From NCBI GenBank assembly GCA_951406725.2, contig OX597820.1, forward strand, positions 71,238,001 to 71,302,000: a DNA stretch of 64,000 nucleotides, written 5' to 3'. Within the stretch, counting starts at the first letter, position 1. Each line of letters starts with the position of its first letter. The notes below the pieces were generated by a model. That model did no database searches, was not told the origin of the DNA, and saw nothing but the letters and a program-made list of their open reading frames with translations. Shown piece by piece: positions 25,601-40,809 of this stretch. The position numbers and the translations under genes were made by a program. The stretch comes from Octopus vulgaris (Eukaryota).

Positions 25601-27802
25601 TATGTGTGTGTATGTACATGTATGAATATATTTGTATATGTGTATATATATATGCATGTGCATGTGTGTGTGTATTATTTAGAAGGTTGTTGTTGTGGCT
25701 GCTCAGAGGGTGACCATTAGTTTTGCACTTATAAGCCCTTAGCTATATAGGCAACTCAACAGACTCCAGAGGCCCTCTCATCAAACACACACACACATTC
25801 TTATAAATCTGAAGTGATGGTTAAAAAGCAGCAAATAACAGCAGTGTTATAACTACATACTGGAGTTTAGAAATGGCAATCATGCAGCACACAATATATT
25901 TGCTAACTTCTTTGGTTCTTCCTCAAACAAGTACTGCATTTGTCAACCTATTCAATAATATCTGCTCACATCCTAAGTCAATAAATAAATCCTCTTGCAC
26001 TCTTTAGGCACAGTGTATGGCCAAAATTAAACTTGTGCACAAAGTTAAGCTTCATGGTGGCAGTAAAGATAGTTTGCTATAAGTTGGGTTGTCTCTGTTC
26101 TAACAGAGTAACTATGTCTGCATGTCACTAAGTGATGAGGGTGAGTGATTAGATGCTTAGGAGCTTAACTACTGAAAACCATTTCTGTGCAGTTCTTTTC
26201 ATTATATCACCTTCTCTGTACACAACACAAATGTCTTGAGTGATTTTGGCAGTTTTGGAGTCTTGATTGAAAGCAAAAATAAGTAAACATCAAAAATGCT
26301 CATTCTCTTTTTTTTCTACTCAGCACTCAATTGTCATACATTTGAAGAGAAGTAAAAGTTATTTAAATTTAAAACTAATTAACAAAAGTTGTAGATGAAG
26401 AATAGAGCTACAAAAACAGAAAGGAAAATGTTATATTGAAATACTACACAGTGGCTTGTGAGCTACAAAATCCTCATCACCACTGTTATATCGCACATTT
26501 GGATGACCTCTACTCAACTCTGACGTCTAGACTTCTCCCTCTATATCTACATATTGGGCTAGCCTACTTCGTCTGGGGGCGTCCACACAACAGAAAAACA
26601 TAAAACACTCTGTTAAAAATATTTTTCAGGTACAGGTGTTGTTGTGTGAAAGCACTGGTGTGCCTGTGTGGTATGAAGCTTGCTTCCCAACCACATGGTT
26701 CTGGGTTCAGTCCCACTGTATGGCACCTTGAGCAAGTGTGTTCTATAATTGAGAACAGTCAATTCTATCAACCCCAGTCAATAGCTGGGGTTGACAGTAT
26801 CAACTATCTTCTCCCTGAAAACTACTGACCTTGTGGCTAAATCAGAAACAATTAATATAAAATACAAGATGGAACCACTGAAATATTAATGAATATTACT
26901 GGGTAACACAAGTTCAGTTGTGTTGCATATAATGGTTATTTTCACATTGTGCACTATGCTACTTTGCTGAACTTCTAGTCTGGCATAGTATAACTCAAAA
27001 AGAAATGTACAAACCTTTGGTAAGTATGTTCTGACTTTACTCTGTCTTCTGAATGTGTATTATTAGATTTGGAAGCAAATTAGTCAGATTATATCATTGT
27101 ATAACAACAAGAACAGAATTATTACAACGAAAATCTGTTTCAGTTAATAAATTTCCAATGAATTTATACATATGATTTCACACCAATTTATACATACAAT
27201 TTCTCACCAATTGATAGATATGATTTCTCATAGTGTGTATGAGAGGGAGTGAAAAGGAAAGTGTAAGTTATAAATATATAACAGGCAGAATATAGACAAA
27301 AAGAAGCAGGGAGTGGAGAGGTGGAATGAATTCATATAGTTAGGAACTAGCTAGTGGGAGTTAGAAAGAGAGAAGAATGTTCCTGAGTGGCAGCAAAAGC
27401 AATTGAGAAATATGATGAGTACTAGTGGAATGTTGGTCACTTTTGGTCCTTATTTTTCTCACTCTCCTATTATCCTAGCATCCATCCAGCACCATATTAT
27501 AATACAATTAACTGTTATAGTATTTAGGAGTTGCTCAACAATAACTGTCACGAGATTTCAGAACAGGCGACAGAAAAAGGAGTTTTCTATTATGATACAT
27601 GATTTTATTTTAGATGATGGAAACATTTTTATGAATTTATCATCTTTGGTGGGTGTAAGACACTCAAATAACACATCCAGAATATACACACTTTCAATAT
27701 TGATACTCAAAAATAGCCGCTGAAATCAAAACTAACAGTAATTTTCTTAACTCAGATTTCATCCAGATTATTTGATTTCTGGCTTCACAGAATTCAATTT
27801 AA

Positions 27803-28023
27803 CCCTTTCATTACCAACTCAGCTGAAACTGGCTCTGGCTCAGTAGTACAAATGTCTTGTTTTCATAAGTTTTGAATTAAAATCTTCCATCAAACCTTAG
27901 TCACAATTTATACTCCTAACACTAGTTTAATGATAACTAAGTTATTTACTAAATTCTTTGGTTTATTTAAAATTAATTGAAAGAAACACAGAACATCTCA
28001 AAATAAATACAGTAACAAAAGGG
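27803..28023. mobile_element. piggyBac-type MITE (different family)
   Basis: TTAA|CCCTTTCATTAC...GTAACAAAAGGG|TTAA. Confidence 0.7.
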
Positions 28024-28713
28024 TTAATGATGAGTTGCAGAAGAAATTTGAAATCATATATTTGTAGTAATATAAAATTTATAACAAGCACTTATAATAT
28101 CTAAAATATTGAATCCCTACTGATTGAAGCAAGCACTTTTTTCAAGGAAGCCTAGGTAAATATGTTAATTACATTGTGTGAATGCGTGTGTAACAGATAA
28201 GTGATTGGTCAGTTATAGCAGTAATTGAAATTGTTGTGGCAGTAGGGTTTAAAGGTGGTGGTGACAATAGTGCAAAGTGCAGTAAGGCCTTGCTGGTCAT
28301 GGTAGGTGGGGGGCTCAATGAGACTCTCAGCCCAATCATTATGAACAAAGGATGATAATCTCTATTGGTGTATCAGTCAGAAAAATAGGTCACCAATTGA
28401 ACCCTCTCTGCTTATATTGTGAAGTTTAGCATTTTGCAGAGGATTTATTGAGACAGAGATAGGAAAGATTCAGATAAAAAGTTGGTCGGTAAGTTGATAG
28501 CAATAAAAACAATGGATAAAATAAGCTCAGTTCTACTTTGAGTCAAACAGGCAGTAGACTGGATCACAACCAAGTTCTGTGTTATACATTTTATGAGCTG
28601 AGTAAAGCCAGCTTGAATCTGATGTGTGCATGTATGCAAAGATATATGCATGCGAAGGAATTGGTTATGTATGCACTCTTTTCCTCTACAGCATCATTAA
28701 TATATTTATTTAA

Positions 28714-28930
28714 AGGCAGTGAGCTGGCAGAAATGTTAGCATACTGGGTGAAATGCTTAGCAGTATTTTGTCTGTCTTTACAATCTAAGTTCAAATTCCA
28801 CCAAGGTCGACTTTGCCTTTTATCCTTTCGAGGTCGATAAATTAAGTATCAGTTACATACTGGAGTCGATCTTATTGACTGGCCCCCTCCCCCAAAATTT
28901 CGGGCCTTGTACCTAAAGTCGAAAAGAATA
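28714..28930 (+). mobile_element. Family-B SINE
   Basis: GGCAGTGAGCTGGCAGAAATGTTAGCA...GTCGACTTTGCCTTTTATCCTTTCGAGGTCGATAAATTAAGTA. Confidence 0.8.
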
Positions 28931-29829
28931 TTATATTTATTTGCTATCAAACTTACAACATATTTTGATTTGAGCCATAATTTCTTAATAATAACATATC
29001 TTCTTAAAGGTTCCATTAATTTCAATTTCAGAATGGAATAGATTGAAGGTTTCATAAGAGACATAATCTTTTTAATTAATTCATCACTAATCTCTCTTTG
29101 ACCATGATTTATGATTTTTAACTAACTGAATAATTCCCACAATGCCTTTAATGCTGCAAATGGAAATGTATACAAGTTTCTGTCTTTGCTCAATGACAAA
29201 TCAGTTTGTCGATGTTGTCTAGGGACCTAATGATTGATATTTGGCTTGAAACCAAATATTATCGAATTCTGAGTAACTCAACGGCTTAACAGGCTTTGAT
29301 AAATACACACATACATATTTTAGCTCTATAACTCTTTATATTGAGTATTTTTTCCTTTGGCATATGTAATTTGCTTGATCTGCATGAAGTATGTGTACAT
29401 AAATACATATGCATATGTACATAAATATGTATATGTAAACCACAAGTTTTAACCACATCAATGGGCCTTCTAACCAAATTCTTTAGTTGTTGGAATTATA
29501 TTTGGTGAGTCCAAATGTGTATTTTTGGCAGTAAAGTGTGAGTAACTTGTGCCCTCCTCCAATACACTAACTAAAAATGACCTAAAAGAACAGCCTTCAC
29601 TTTCTGGTGAAAGCTACTAGCATTATGGACAGGATAAGAATGATTGATCAATAAGCTGAAGTCAAGGAATAACTACCACAACAGAGATATATGGTCTTCT
29701 GAACTCTTAGCTTACAACAAGTATATCACCCACAACACCTTTGTTGTACCTATTCTCATTCCAACATTTAGCATCCTAAACTGATCACTGCAAGAGCCAT
29801 ATGAACTCACAAGAGGTTCAGTGTTACTG

Positions 29830-30182
29830 GAAACTTCAATATTGATGGAGTGATCCCTGTGCTGGTGGCACATAAAAAGCACCATCTGAAAGTGGCTGAT
29901 GCCAGCGCCGCCTTGACTAGCTTCCGTGCCGGTGGCACGTAAAAAGTACCAATCTGATCGTGGCTGTTGCCAGCCTCGCCTGGCACCTGTGCTGGTGGCA
30001 CGTATAAAGCACCCACTACACTCACGGAGTGGTTGGCGTTAGGAAGGGCATCCAGCTGTAGAAACACTGCCAGATCAGACTGGAGCCTGGTGCAGCCCTC
30101 TGGCTTCCCAGATCCCAGTTGCACCGTCCAACCCATGCTAGCATGGAGAACGGACGTTAAACGATGATGATGATGATGATGA
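29830..30182 (+). mobile_element. RTE LINE 3' tail with ~3 minisatellite units
   Basis: GTGCYGGTGGCACRTAAAAAGCACC-type units, then GGTTGGCGTTAGGAAGGGCATCCAG and (GAT)n. Confidence 0.85.
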
Positions 30183-30249
30183 AGACAGGCTGCTCTTTGC
30201 ATGCAAGGATAGTGGTTGTGATCTTAAATCTGTTTTGATGTCATATGAA

Positions 30250-30810
30250 GCACATATTGTGACACTGAAACTACATCTGCAGCAAAAAAAGAAGGCCAGT
30301 AACTATCTTGCCCAAGTCTGTGAGTATGAATACTGATGCAGATCTCTCCACAAAAGCACTGCAAAACTTTATCTAATACAACAAAATAAAAAAAATAGAC
30401 CAATTCAATGAGAAAGTAGTACACGAGTACTTGACATGAAAGGCCTAAATCATAGAGGGAATAAATTAAAATCTTAGCATGATATACCAACAAGTTTATG
30501 ACATACAGCTCAGGAGCAAGTGATTCCCACCATGTATCTACAGTATAAAAGGTAGAAATACAGGAAGATGACAAATGTAGGCTGTGTAAAACTAAAATTG
30601 AAGACATCAGCCACATTACTGCCAGCTGCAAGAGAGTATCTGTAAGATATCATCTTTCCATGAGGCATGATGTGGTGGCTACAACAATCTCGAACAGAAT
30701 AAGAAAAAAGAATAAAACCAGCAGATGATGATGACTGTATTAAGACTAATAGGCAAAAAGAATATTCTTGGCATTTAAAAATTAGAGCAACCACCAAATT
30801 AAAAGACAAC
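30250..30810 (+). pseudogene. Remnant of a restriction-like-endonuclease non-LTR retrotransposon (R4/Dong-like)
   Basis: Translates to QEQVIPT...DDKCRLCKTKIEDISHITASC...MRHDVVA: a CCHC knuckle followed by the RHD motif. Confidence 0.65.
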
Positions 30811-33800
30811 TAGTCATATATTGCTTTGTAGAATTAAAAATAACTCCCCAAGTGCTGCCTGAACTTTAAGAGTTAACCTCAGTAATCACAGAATTCCTGT
30901 GTGGATTAGCAATTCTCTTAGTTTTGAAAAATGTGTGTCCAACACAAGTCTGTAGAAGGAGGAGCTCTTTGTCAAGTTATATTATATTGATTTATAACAT
31001 AGAGAAAAGACTTTAAATGTAGGGGATGGATATAGTCATTTAGATCAATACAAATGCACAACTGATACTTATTTTATCAAACTACCCCCAGAGGGATCTA
31101 AGTCAATGTCTGTGGAAACATGATTGTAGCTTATTTTTAGAACATTTTTGCAAATGTTTACCAGTATGGAAGTTTATTTCACACTGTACTATTGAAATCA
31201 TCCAGTAATTTTTCAAAATGTTTATGTTGTAGTTGTTGGACACTTATGAAGATTTAATTTTGAATTTCAATCTACATGTCATTGTGTAATCGTCTGATTT
31301 GAATGAATTTTGACTGCTGCTCTTGTCTGACATTGTCTGACGCCAGATTCTACATGGTAAATAGATTTGAAATATCACACTTGTGGCTATTGTTATTTTG
31401 AATCAATAGCATTAATTTTTAACCTATTGAAGACAGGATTGTTTTTTCAATAAATGTTATGCACAATCTTTCAACTTAGAATTACATAGGATTTTAGAGT
31501 TACTTCATTGTGTTTTCTTACCTAGTTTCTTTCTGTATTTCTGTAATGTATTTGTTTGGTTCCCTACTCAGGAGATTCGCTGGCAACAATTTTCTGAAAC
31601 TTGTTTATGATTTACTTCTGCAGGTTATACTATGATATTGGCAAATAAATCCACAAACTTGTTTGAAGTCCTTGCTCAGGGATAGCAATATAACATCCTA
31701 ACCAGCCATCATCTATTAGAGTCAACTCTTCCACACACACTCATGCATCTGCTTAACTTCTGAAGCAAGAGCTATAAAAGAAACAAACCAACAACCTTTT
31801 TGAATCTTCAAGTAATTCATTTCCAAAGAAAAATTACCTTCATCTGCCTCACAACTACAGAGGCATTACTCTCTTGTCTCTAGATTCAAACTTCTACAAT
31901 TCTATGCTCTTTGTTTCAATGCTTAATGGTCTATGTATATGTGTCTTAGTGTCTATGCTTATCCCCCACCACCACTTGACAAACAGTGTTGGTGTGTTTA
32001 TGTCCTCGTAACATAGCAGTTCAGCAAGAGATGAATAGAATAAGTAGCAAGCTTAAAAAAAGGACTGGAATTAATTCCTTTGACTAAAAGTTCTTCATGG
32101 TGGTGCCCCAGCATGGCCACAGTCTAATGACTGAAACAAGTAAAAGATAAAAGATAACAAGAAAAGAGGTATCTTACTTTTGAATGCTGGAGTGTGCAAC
32201 TGAATCTAATTCATTGTTAAATTTCAATTTAACATATGCAATGCATATTTTGTTGATTTCACCTCTTCATAGATATTTGGAGAGATGTATATAGAGAAGT
32301 ATAGTGAATTATTAAAAGAATGTAAAAAAATGGTGGTAGTGGGGATGGGGGAAGCCTCTTTAACAATACTTAGCGTAGTTTCTACCTTGAAGACATATCA
32401 TACAACTGCTTCAAGATTACAACCATATTCTGAAGTGCTTGTTATCTGGATTATCTACGTTTAACCTTGATATCACAAAGTTCTTTGACCGTGAAATATT
32501 ATTCAAAGAACTGAAAATAAATAATTAATATATAAGGATTGCTAAATATTTGGCAGAAACAGTAAAGTTAGCAGCAGTGAAAAAGAGAAAAGAGGAATAG
32601 AAAGCAAGGAAGAGTATGAGTGTGGGAGAAATGAGAAAATGAGAAGAAGAAACATGAAAAGAAAAAGAAGCAAGAGAAACTAAATCTATGTCAGCTTTTC
32701 ATACTATAGAGGAATGACTGAAAATTGTTTGTAATTCTATTAAGAGGTTAGGCCATCATTATCATCATCTAAATTGATTTCCATGTAGGCGTGAGATGGA
32801 TGGTTTGACAGAAATTGGTGAACCAGAGGACAGCATCAAATGCCAGTGTCTGCTTTGGTATGGTTTCTATGACTAGTTGTCCTAGTCATGTCACCAACTA
32901 TCTTGTAAGACAAGACCATCAACTGAGGGAGAGTTGTATTGAGTGATGAAAAGTTAAAATGAGCAAGAACAAAAACCTACAAGAAATTTACTCCCTCATA
33001 TGTGGTCCAAACAGATCAAAGGCTGATTCATCAGACAGCATTTGCCTAATGTGTTTGAAAACTAATAGTATTAACAAACTTAGTTGTACTGCAGAATAAG
33101 ATGCATAGGACCTACTAAATGACAAATTCATCACAGGATCTTGGAACATTTCAGCAAAACCTTACATAATACCTGGTGCAGTGTTCCTATGCAGACTGAC
33201 ATGAGGAAGAAAAGTGCATCACCACAGGTCTTAGCAGAAAACCAAAATGTAATAAATGTTCAGAAATCCAAAAGATATTTCATTAATAAAAAAACTACAT
33301 CTTACTCTGAGCCACCAGAATGGAATGGACACATGGAAATATATATACTGTTTCTCCAAAACGTAATCATGTTTGGCTACCCGGTTATTAATGTCATAAC
33401 AAACACACAAACAATATGTTTGATGGTGGAATTCTGAAGTCTGAAAGTTCTCATAGCACAATTGGACAGCAACAATGATTCTAGTAACACAGCTCAGTCT
33501 ACAGTTATTTGTTTGGTAATTCTGCTGATTTCCCTTAATATCTATCTATCTGTCTACCATCGCCACCACCATCACCATAATTTAACATCTATTGTTCCAT
33601 GCTCGCATGGGTCGGACGGAATTTTATGAGGCAGATTATCAATATCTGCACATCTGTCCTGTCACCAATCCTCACCTGTTTCCAAATAAGGTATTTCGCA
33701 TAGCCAGACATGTTTCTCCAAAGAAGACTGCAAGTGAATAACATTTGATAATAAACTAATACTGCACAGTCAGAATTATAAAGAAAATCAGTTTCAGTTA

Positions 33801-34199
33801 ATGAATCTTCAACAAATTTACTTCTACAGCTTGAAAAAAGGTGGATGTATGCCTGTGGCATATCACTCACCCTTTGGTTCATATCTTTATTCCCTGCCTA
33901 TAATCCTGCCATCCACCACATGATATGATTAGCTGTGTGGTGCATGCTGCTATTACAGAACAACTACCAAAACATTTCATAACAGGAAAAAGAAAAACTA
34001 GTTATTCCCATTGTGGTCTATGATTCTATTACTGAATCAGCTTAATATTTTATGATGAATTTATCATGTTTATGGGTGTGTAGCATACAACTTAACACAC
34101 AAAATAAATGCCTCTAGTATTCATTTAGTTTTTGTTGTACACTATGTTTCTTGTCTAGTTTATTTGTTGTATATGGGATGAATATCCTTTTTATTCCTG

Positions 34200-34940
34200 G
34201 AATGAATTCAATGATAACTTTATCTACAAGTTTGCCCATTAATATTAATTAGATTTTATTGCAGTGATAACCCTCAGTTTTTGATGTGGTGTAGTATTTC
34301 TTATCGTTATGATACTGACAAAAGTTTAATTTTGTGTGTGTTTGTTTCATAAGTGAATTTCAGTTTTTAAATATTTATCTAAATGACTAGTATGTTTGAT
34401 TGCAAGATATTTATCTCATGTATATATCAACAATACACACACACATACACTCACACAGTCTTGTGTACATATTTTTTTAGAATTCAAATGCATTGAAGAT
34501 GTAACAAAAGCAAACTTAACTGGGAGCCTATCTTTTTAACTTTTAGTATTCCTATAGGGACTTCTAAATGCAATATCTGTAGTGCATGCGAATAATAAGT
34601 TTTGAAGATAATTTGCAGTATATGTGCAGTTTTCATTCTTGGATGATAGTATGCATGCCTGAGAATGGAGTATATTATGGTGTTTATTGGCACATTAGTG
34701 ATTAACTGTTCAACATCTAAGGGAGCAATGATGCTTTTAGGTGTGGTTGTTCTAAGTATATCAATAAATTCATCTGTTGAATTCATCATAAATGTGTTGG
34801 GTATGTTATCGTTTTATTATTGTATTTAACGATGGGGATATGTTATGTGTCATTGAATTAATACATGAGATGATTGGCTTAACGGGTGTTTTTATGGAGC
34901 TATATATTTGTGCTTGCATGTCTTCGCTTCAATAAGTGAA
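34200..34940 (-). pseudogene. Penelope/Poseidon-like RT remnant
   Basis: STDEFIDILR...APLDVEQLITNVPI (cf. SLDVESLFTNVP). Confidence 0.7.
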
Positions 34941-36219
34941 GGGCCTACACTTTTATTATTTACAGCATAAACACAATAAGTTTAAATTTGATTTTAAGTT
35001 CAATTATAGGACCTCATTTGATAGCATAACATTTTAATATTGTTTATATTCATACGTATAATCTATTTACATGAGTACAATGGGATCTCAAATACAATGC
35101 AAACCCCACCTTTTGCATCTGAAAATCAGCAATTTATATTTTATCCTTAGTTATACTTAAACATAATGCTACCCAGTATTTTTGATCCTGATGATTTGAT
35201 GATTTATATTAAATTTCTCACATGATATATGTGAAAATATGGTACACACTCACACAGAAACATATATATCATCATCATCGTCGTCGTTTAACGTCCGCTT
35301 TCCTTGCTAGCATGGGTTGGATATATATTGATATATATATCAATATATATATTGATATGTACATACCTATATGTATATGGGTTCTTGTTTTGCAAGGTAC
35401 TTGGTAATATCATTGATGCTGGTGCCGTGTAAAAAGCACCCAGTACACTCTGTAAAGTGGTTGGCATTAGGAAGGGTATCCGCTATAGAAACCATGCCAA
35501 AACAGACTATTGAACCTGTGTAGCTCCTGTCAAACCGTCCAACCCATGCCAGCATGAAAAGCAAGTGTTAAATGATGATGATAATGATATGTAGACATAG
35601 ATGCAAGAATAGTATTTTTAGCCTGCCAGCCTTCCTTGAAATTTAATTTGGCTTTATGTAGTCTCTAATCACTTTGTTTTTTCTGGAGTAGGTGGAGCTA
35701 TGTTGAATGGTAATTAGAGTATGCTGTGATGAAAAGGTATTATAGAAGGTTTGCATTGACAAAAGTTGGAGTTGTGTCATTATTCAGAGTTCAGCCATGA
35801 ATGTGAAACTATGTAACCATGTATGTCTATTTAGATGTGTCAGCTTCAGGTCTTAGGATCATATTTCAGAGTTACCAAAAAATGTAGATAGGTGAAAAGG
35901 TTAGTTGGTTAACAAACAGGTGAAAGGGTTAGTTGGTTAGTAGACGTGTAACTAGGTTTAATTGTTATTGATGTTATTTGAACACTGTTTGAAACATTCA
36001 ACCTGTTTTAGGAATGTGGAGATTATTCTTTACTTCAATCTGGGATGTAAAACTTTGTAATTAGGTGAGTTTATTTAGGTGTGTTAGCTTTAGGTAATGA
36101 TTTTAGTATAGAAATTTGGTTATCTCTTGTTTTAAGGGTTCACATAAGTATGTAAGTAGTTGGAAAGGTTAGCTGGTCAGCAGATTTCTTTAATTGTTAC
36201 ACTGAAAAAAAAAAAAAGA

Positions 36220-36552
36220 AAGGATCCCCTTCAGTCATGAATGACCATGTGCTTGCACCTAGAAAGTTCCCCTCCTAGGCACAAGTCCAGGAAAGGTTAT
36301 TTATGGAAGACCAGCAGTCGCCCATGCATACCAGCCTCCCCTATCCACACCACCGATGTTATCCAAGGGAAAGGCAAAGGCCGATACAATTTGGCACCTG
36401 TGACATCGCAACTCATTTCTACAGCTGAGTGAATTGGAGCAATATAACATAAAGCATTTTGTTCAAGAACACAACACACAGCCCAGCCCGGGAATAGAAC
36501 TCACAAACTGATGATTGTGAACCTGATGCTCTAACCACTGAGCCATACACCT
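36220..36552 (-). mobile_element. tRNA-derived SINE, family D
   Basis: Minus-strand head GGTGTATGGCTCAGTGGTTAGAGC...GAGTTCTATTCCCGG followed by a distinct body. Confidence 0.65.
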
Positions 36553-39500
36553 ATTTAAACACTATTTAAGAAAGATAACTTGTTTTGTTTTAGGTAGGCA
36601 GAAGATATTGTTCAGAATTCAGTCAAGCATGTAAAACTTTGTAACTAGGTGAGTTTATTTAGGTGTATTAGCTTTAGATCATGGTGTTTTTAATAGAGAA
36701 ATTTATTCATTTTTTGTTTTAGAGTTCACAAAGGCTGTCGGTTGGTGGAAAGTTTAGTTGGTCTGCAGATTTCTAACAAGGAGTTAGTTGTTTTTGATGT
36801 TATTTGATTACAATTTAGAAAATTTAACCTTTGTGTTTTGGTGAGCTAAAGTTTGCAGAATATATTTTTATAAATATTTCTTCTGTTTGGTTTCAAGCGT
36901 GGGTATTCATAATGATGATCATCATCATTTGAAGTTACTTTTCCATGCTGGCATGAGTTGGATAGTTTGACAGGAGTTGGCAAAGCTGGGAGCTGCACCA
37001 GGCTTTGTAGTCTGTTTTGGCACCCTTCTTAATGCCAACCACTTTACAAGGTGTATTGAGTGCTTTTTACGTGGCACCAATACCAGTGATTTTAACGTGA
37101 CACCAGCACAAACTAGGTCACCAAATACATTGCAAGATATAAGTCTCTCTACTGGGAGGGGAGAGTAGTATTGAGGAGGTGTGGCTTTGTGCCAGTTGAG
37201 AGATTAAAGGTATAGAGGGATAGAGGTACATGTCTTATTGTAGAGTAGATACATGGATACTCTAGTTGGAAAAGAAGGAGTTAGAAAGAAATATAAAGAG
37301 AGTGATAGTAAGAGAGATGATGGCAAAGATAAGTTGGGGCATGCCCTGGAAGAACATTAGGCATGGTGAGAATAAGTGAGGTGATACAGAAGTTCGGACT
37401 GGGTGAGCGGGTAGGATTGTAGTGACTGTAGCAAATGATGGAGAAAAATATGAGAGGCTTGAAGGCAGGGGTTGCGACAAAAATGTGCAGGGATTGAGGG
37501 TGATAGCAGATAAGTGAGGTGTTAATAATGTTTATAACATGTTATTTTGGCCCTATGAATATATGTAAATGTGGAACATCATAAATATGTGTGCAGATAT
37601 AAATTTTTCAGCCAACAACTTTTAAAAGAAGTTAGGTGTAATTTGAGGCAAGTTCGGTCATTATTTCTTGCTTTTGAGTAACCACATAGCAGTTCCCTCA
37701 TTACACATTAAATTAAAGAGTTTAATCAGAGATCCAGTTACTGCCTTATACCTTTGAACTGAAAAATTTTGAGTTGGTTTAAGATTGATGTGTCGTTTAT
37801 AATTCCGGGATCAAATAAATATTTATTATTCTAAAATAATTAGTAAAATTTATGAGTGATACAAATGACAACCATTCTTCCCTTTGCGTAAAAATCAACG
37901 CAAGTGTCGGCTTAAACAAAGCGTAACATATGTCAAAAAGTCACTTTTTATATGTACTCATAATTCTGGCAACTTAATTACACAAATAACAGGAAACAAA
38001 AATTAAGAAATGTTTCTTTGAAGTAAATTATTAAATTTTCTTTAGTATTAATAAGTTTTTAGTAAGACTTAAAGTAAGAAGATTGCATCATCTTGAACAG
38101 CTCATTACTGTCATAAAAATAAGTCACTAAATATCTTGTTATTCAGTATTATTTTGTATTTTTATTATGATGGCGGAAACAATTATTTGTGAATAGATTT
38201 GATGAAGCAGTAAGCTATTGTAGTTTTTAAAGCAATAAGAACTCTCTTGTCAAAGAAATTATTCTCTACTTACTCAAACTATATTTAGTTTTATATTTTC
38301 ATATTTAATTCTGCTCAAACATAAAACTAAAATTCTTGAAAGTACTTGAATATACTTATTATAGATATCAGATGAATGAGAAACTTTTATATCTGTAGTC
38401 GGGAACATTCTCATGCAACATTAATGTTACTTAGGAGAGAGCAATACTATTAGAAATAGCTGAATTACTGAGTTCTCTCAAGAGTAATAAAGCAAATATA
38501 AGGTGTTTAAAAATGGTTTATTTTATATTTTATATATACACATATATTTATTAATTTCTTTTATGTCACATTTTGTGAGCAGTAACCTTATTAGCTATAT
38601 GTGACAAAGGGGTGTCTTGTGCAATTCAGACAGAATAAATACCATCAGCTATTTTCTTTGTCTTACCTGATTATTGACAATCTCCTTGCTACTGCGTATA
38701 TCTTTCCCATCGAAATTAAATCTTCCACATAGCTATTCTACTTGATGTTCAAATATAGAGTCATTCCTTGTGGAAATAGTTGCCTTAATCTCAGTATTAT
38801 GATAACCCTACCATACGTGTATATATATGTTCCTATACTTGTTTCAGGTATTAAACTGCAGTCATGCTAGAACATTGCCTTACACCCCAACCACACACAC
38901 ACACTCAAACAGTATGGATTTTTCTACCAAACAAATAATTTCCCTCTATTTCTTCCTCTCTATCTCATCTAGCTTGCACTACCCTCACTATTTCCAGTGT
39001 TTTATACTAATTTATGGTCACTACTAGACTGTCATTGTCTATAGGTCTGTTTAATCATGGTTACCTGAAACTAAACAAGAATGGGTAAGGCAATTGCTCT
39101 TTTACCTGTGTCAAACTTATGATTAAAAAAAAACCCCAAAAAATCATCCAGCAAAATAACTATTTTTTAATCATAGGTCTGCTGTATGTCATTAATGCAA
39201 CATAAGGCATTTGAATATTCAATTAAGGCATGAAATGAAAACTTTTGTGCTTTTTTAATTTTATCCATCTGAAAGACAAATATTAGGTTAGTATAAATAA
39301 AGAGGAATAACTATAAGCCACAGCAGTAAACATAAATTGGTTGTGGATTTATCTTCATACACAGCACTCAGTCACAAAACTACATTATAACCTCACCTAT
39401 AATAAGGTTATTTAATGGAACTCTTTGAGAAAAGCTATGTTAACAACTTAATCACTGATAAAAGTGCTTATACAAATACGTAACAATATGTGCTGTAGAA

Positions 39501-40209
39501 TGAACTGAGGTAGTGTTTAAACAAATATAGGAGCATTGGTACTATATTTTATAACAAAAGAAATTTTAAGGGTATTAAATATTTTCAAATTCAAATGCTT
39601 GTACAAACTATTTGCTTTCAAATTTATATATAGATAATATTATTAAAGTAAATTAGATTATCTTCATTGATTCTAACGTTGGTATAGACAACTTATTGAT
39701 TTGCATATTTTAGAAGTAGACAATATTAGAGAAACTTTGTGGGCTGGAAGATTTTTTTAAACTACTAAAGGTTTTGGGGAGACATCAGAACCAAAGTTTC
39801 CAATTCAGTGGCTGCTTATTGGAGATATATCTAAGACTGATTTAATAACATTTTTTTCTTAAGCTTTATGTCTGTAAAGGAAGTGGGTAAAGTTGATTAA
39901 GTTAAGCCACTCAAACATTTTTGTAATGACCCTAAAGAAATCAAAGACAAAGTTGAAGCAAAGGATGAAAAAATATTATAAAGCAGCACCTTCTCTATCA
40001 TCACAAACTAAAATCTAATTAGACTGAAGTAAAATGTTTAGATGAAGACAAAACAGCAGAAAAGGCAAGGAAAGAACCAAAAATTGAAATTGAAATTTGA
40101 AAATATTATTAATGAAAAAATGAACAAACAAGCTTCTCCATGATCAATATGCTGCAAGACTTGACATTGGGGTGAGTAAGCCAATGTGAAAGCCAACAAT
40201 GGCTCAAAA

Positions 40210-40580
40210 GATCTGGATTAAAGGCAGCAAAATGAGTGATTTGATTTTAGCTGCACAAGATAAATGTCTAGCTTAAAAAAAGGGAAGAAAAGAAACAAGG
40301 ATTTAACATCAACTGCACACTGTCCAATCAGCACAGAGCAACAAAAGAAACAATTGACCACTTCACTATTAATTGCATAGGATTCTTGCAAAGACAAATA
40401 ATATTCACAGACAGCCACAAAAATGCTGGTAGTTATGTTAATGGGGGCAATATGATGACACTTCAAAGATAAGTGGCATAAGCATGTATGAATGAAACAT
40501 GTTAAGTGTCAGCCATAGTGCTACCTCAGTCTCATAGACAAACAAGGAGATTAAAATAAACCACCAGATACCATAATCAG
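40210..40580 (+). pseudogene. Second, more decayed R4/Dong-like remnant
   Basis: LILAAQDKCL...ETIDHF...C pattern; heavily mutated. Confidence 0.4.
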
Positions 40581-40809
40581 GAACAGGAATGGAAATATGG
40601 TACACAAAAGGAAAGGCAAAAAAAGAAAAAGAAAAAGAAAAAAGAAGTAAAGGTTAAAAAAAGTAAAAAAGTGAAAAGGTATTGATGTAATAGGCCTTCA
40701 AAATAGAAATAAGATATGAGGTATGCAAGTAAAAGTGGTATGAATATAATTAATGAAGTGATAAAGAAAGTCAAGGCAAAAAAAAAAAATCAATATTTAT
40801 AGGCTTAAG

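Noticed and set aside
38667-38810. Minus-strand exon ending at CAG|GTAAGA
   Set aside because: Both plausible frames contain stops within ~30 codons and no homology is recognisable.
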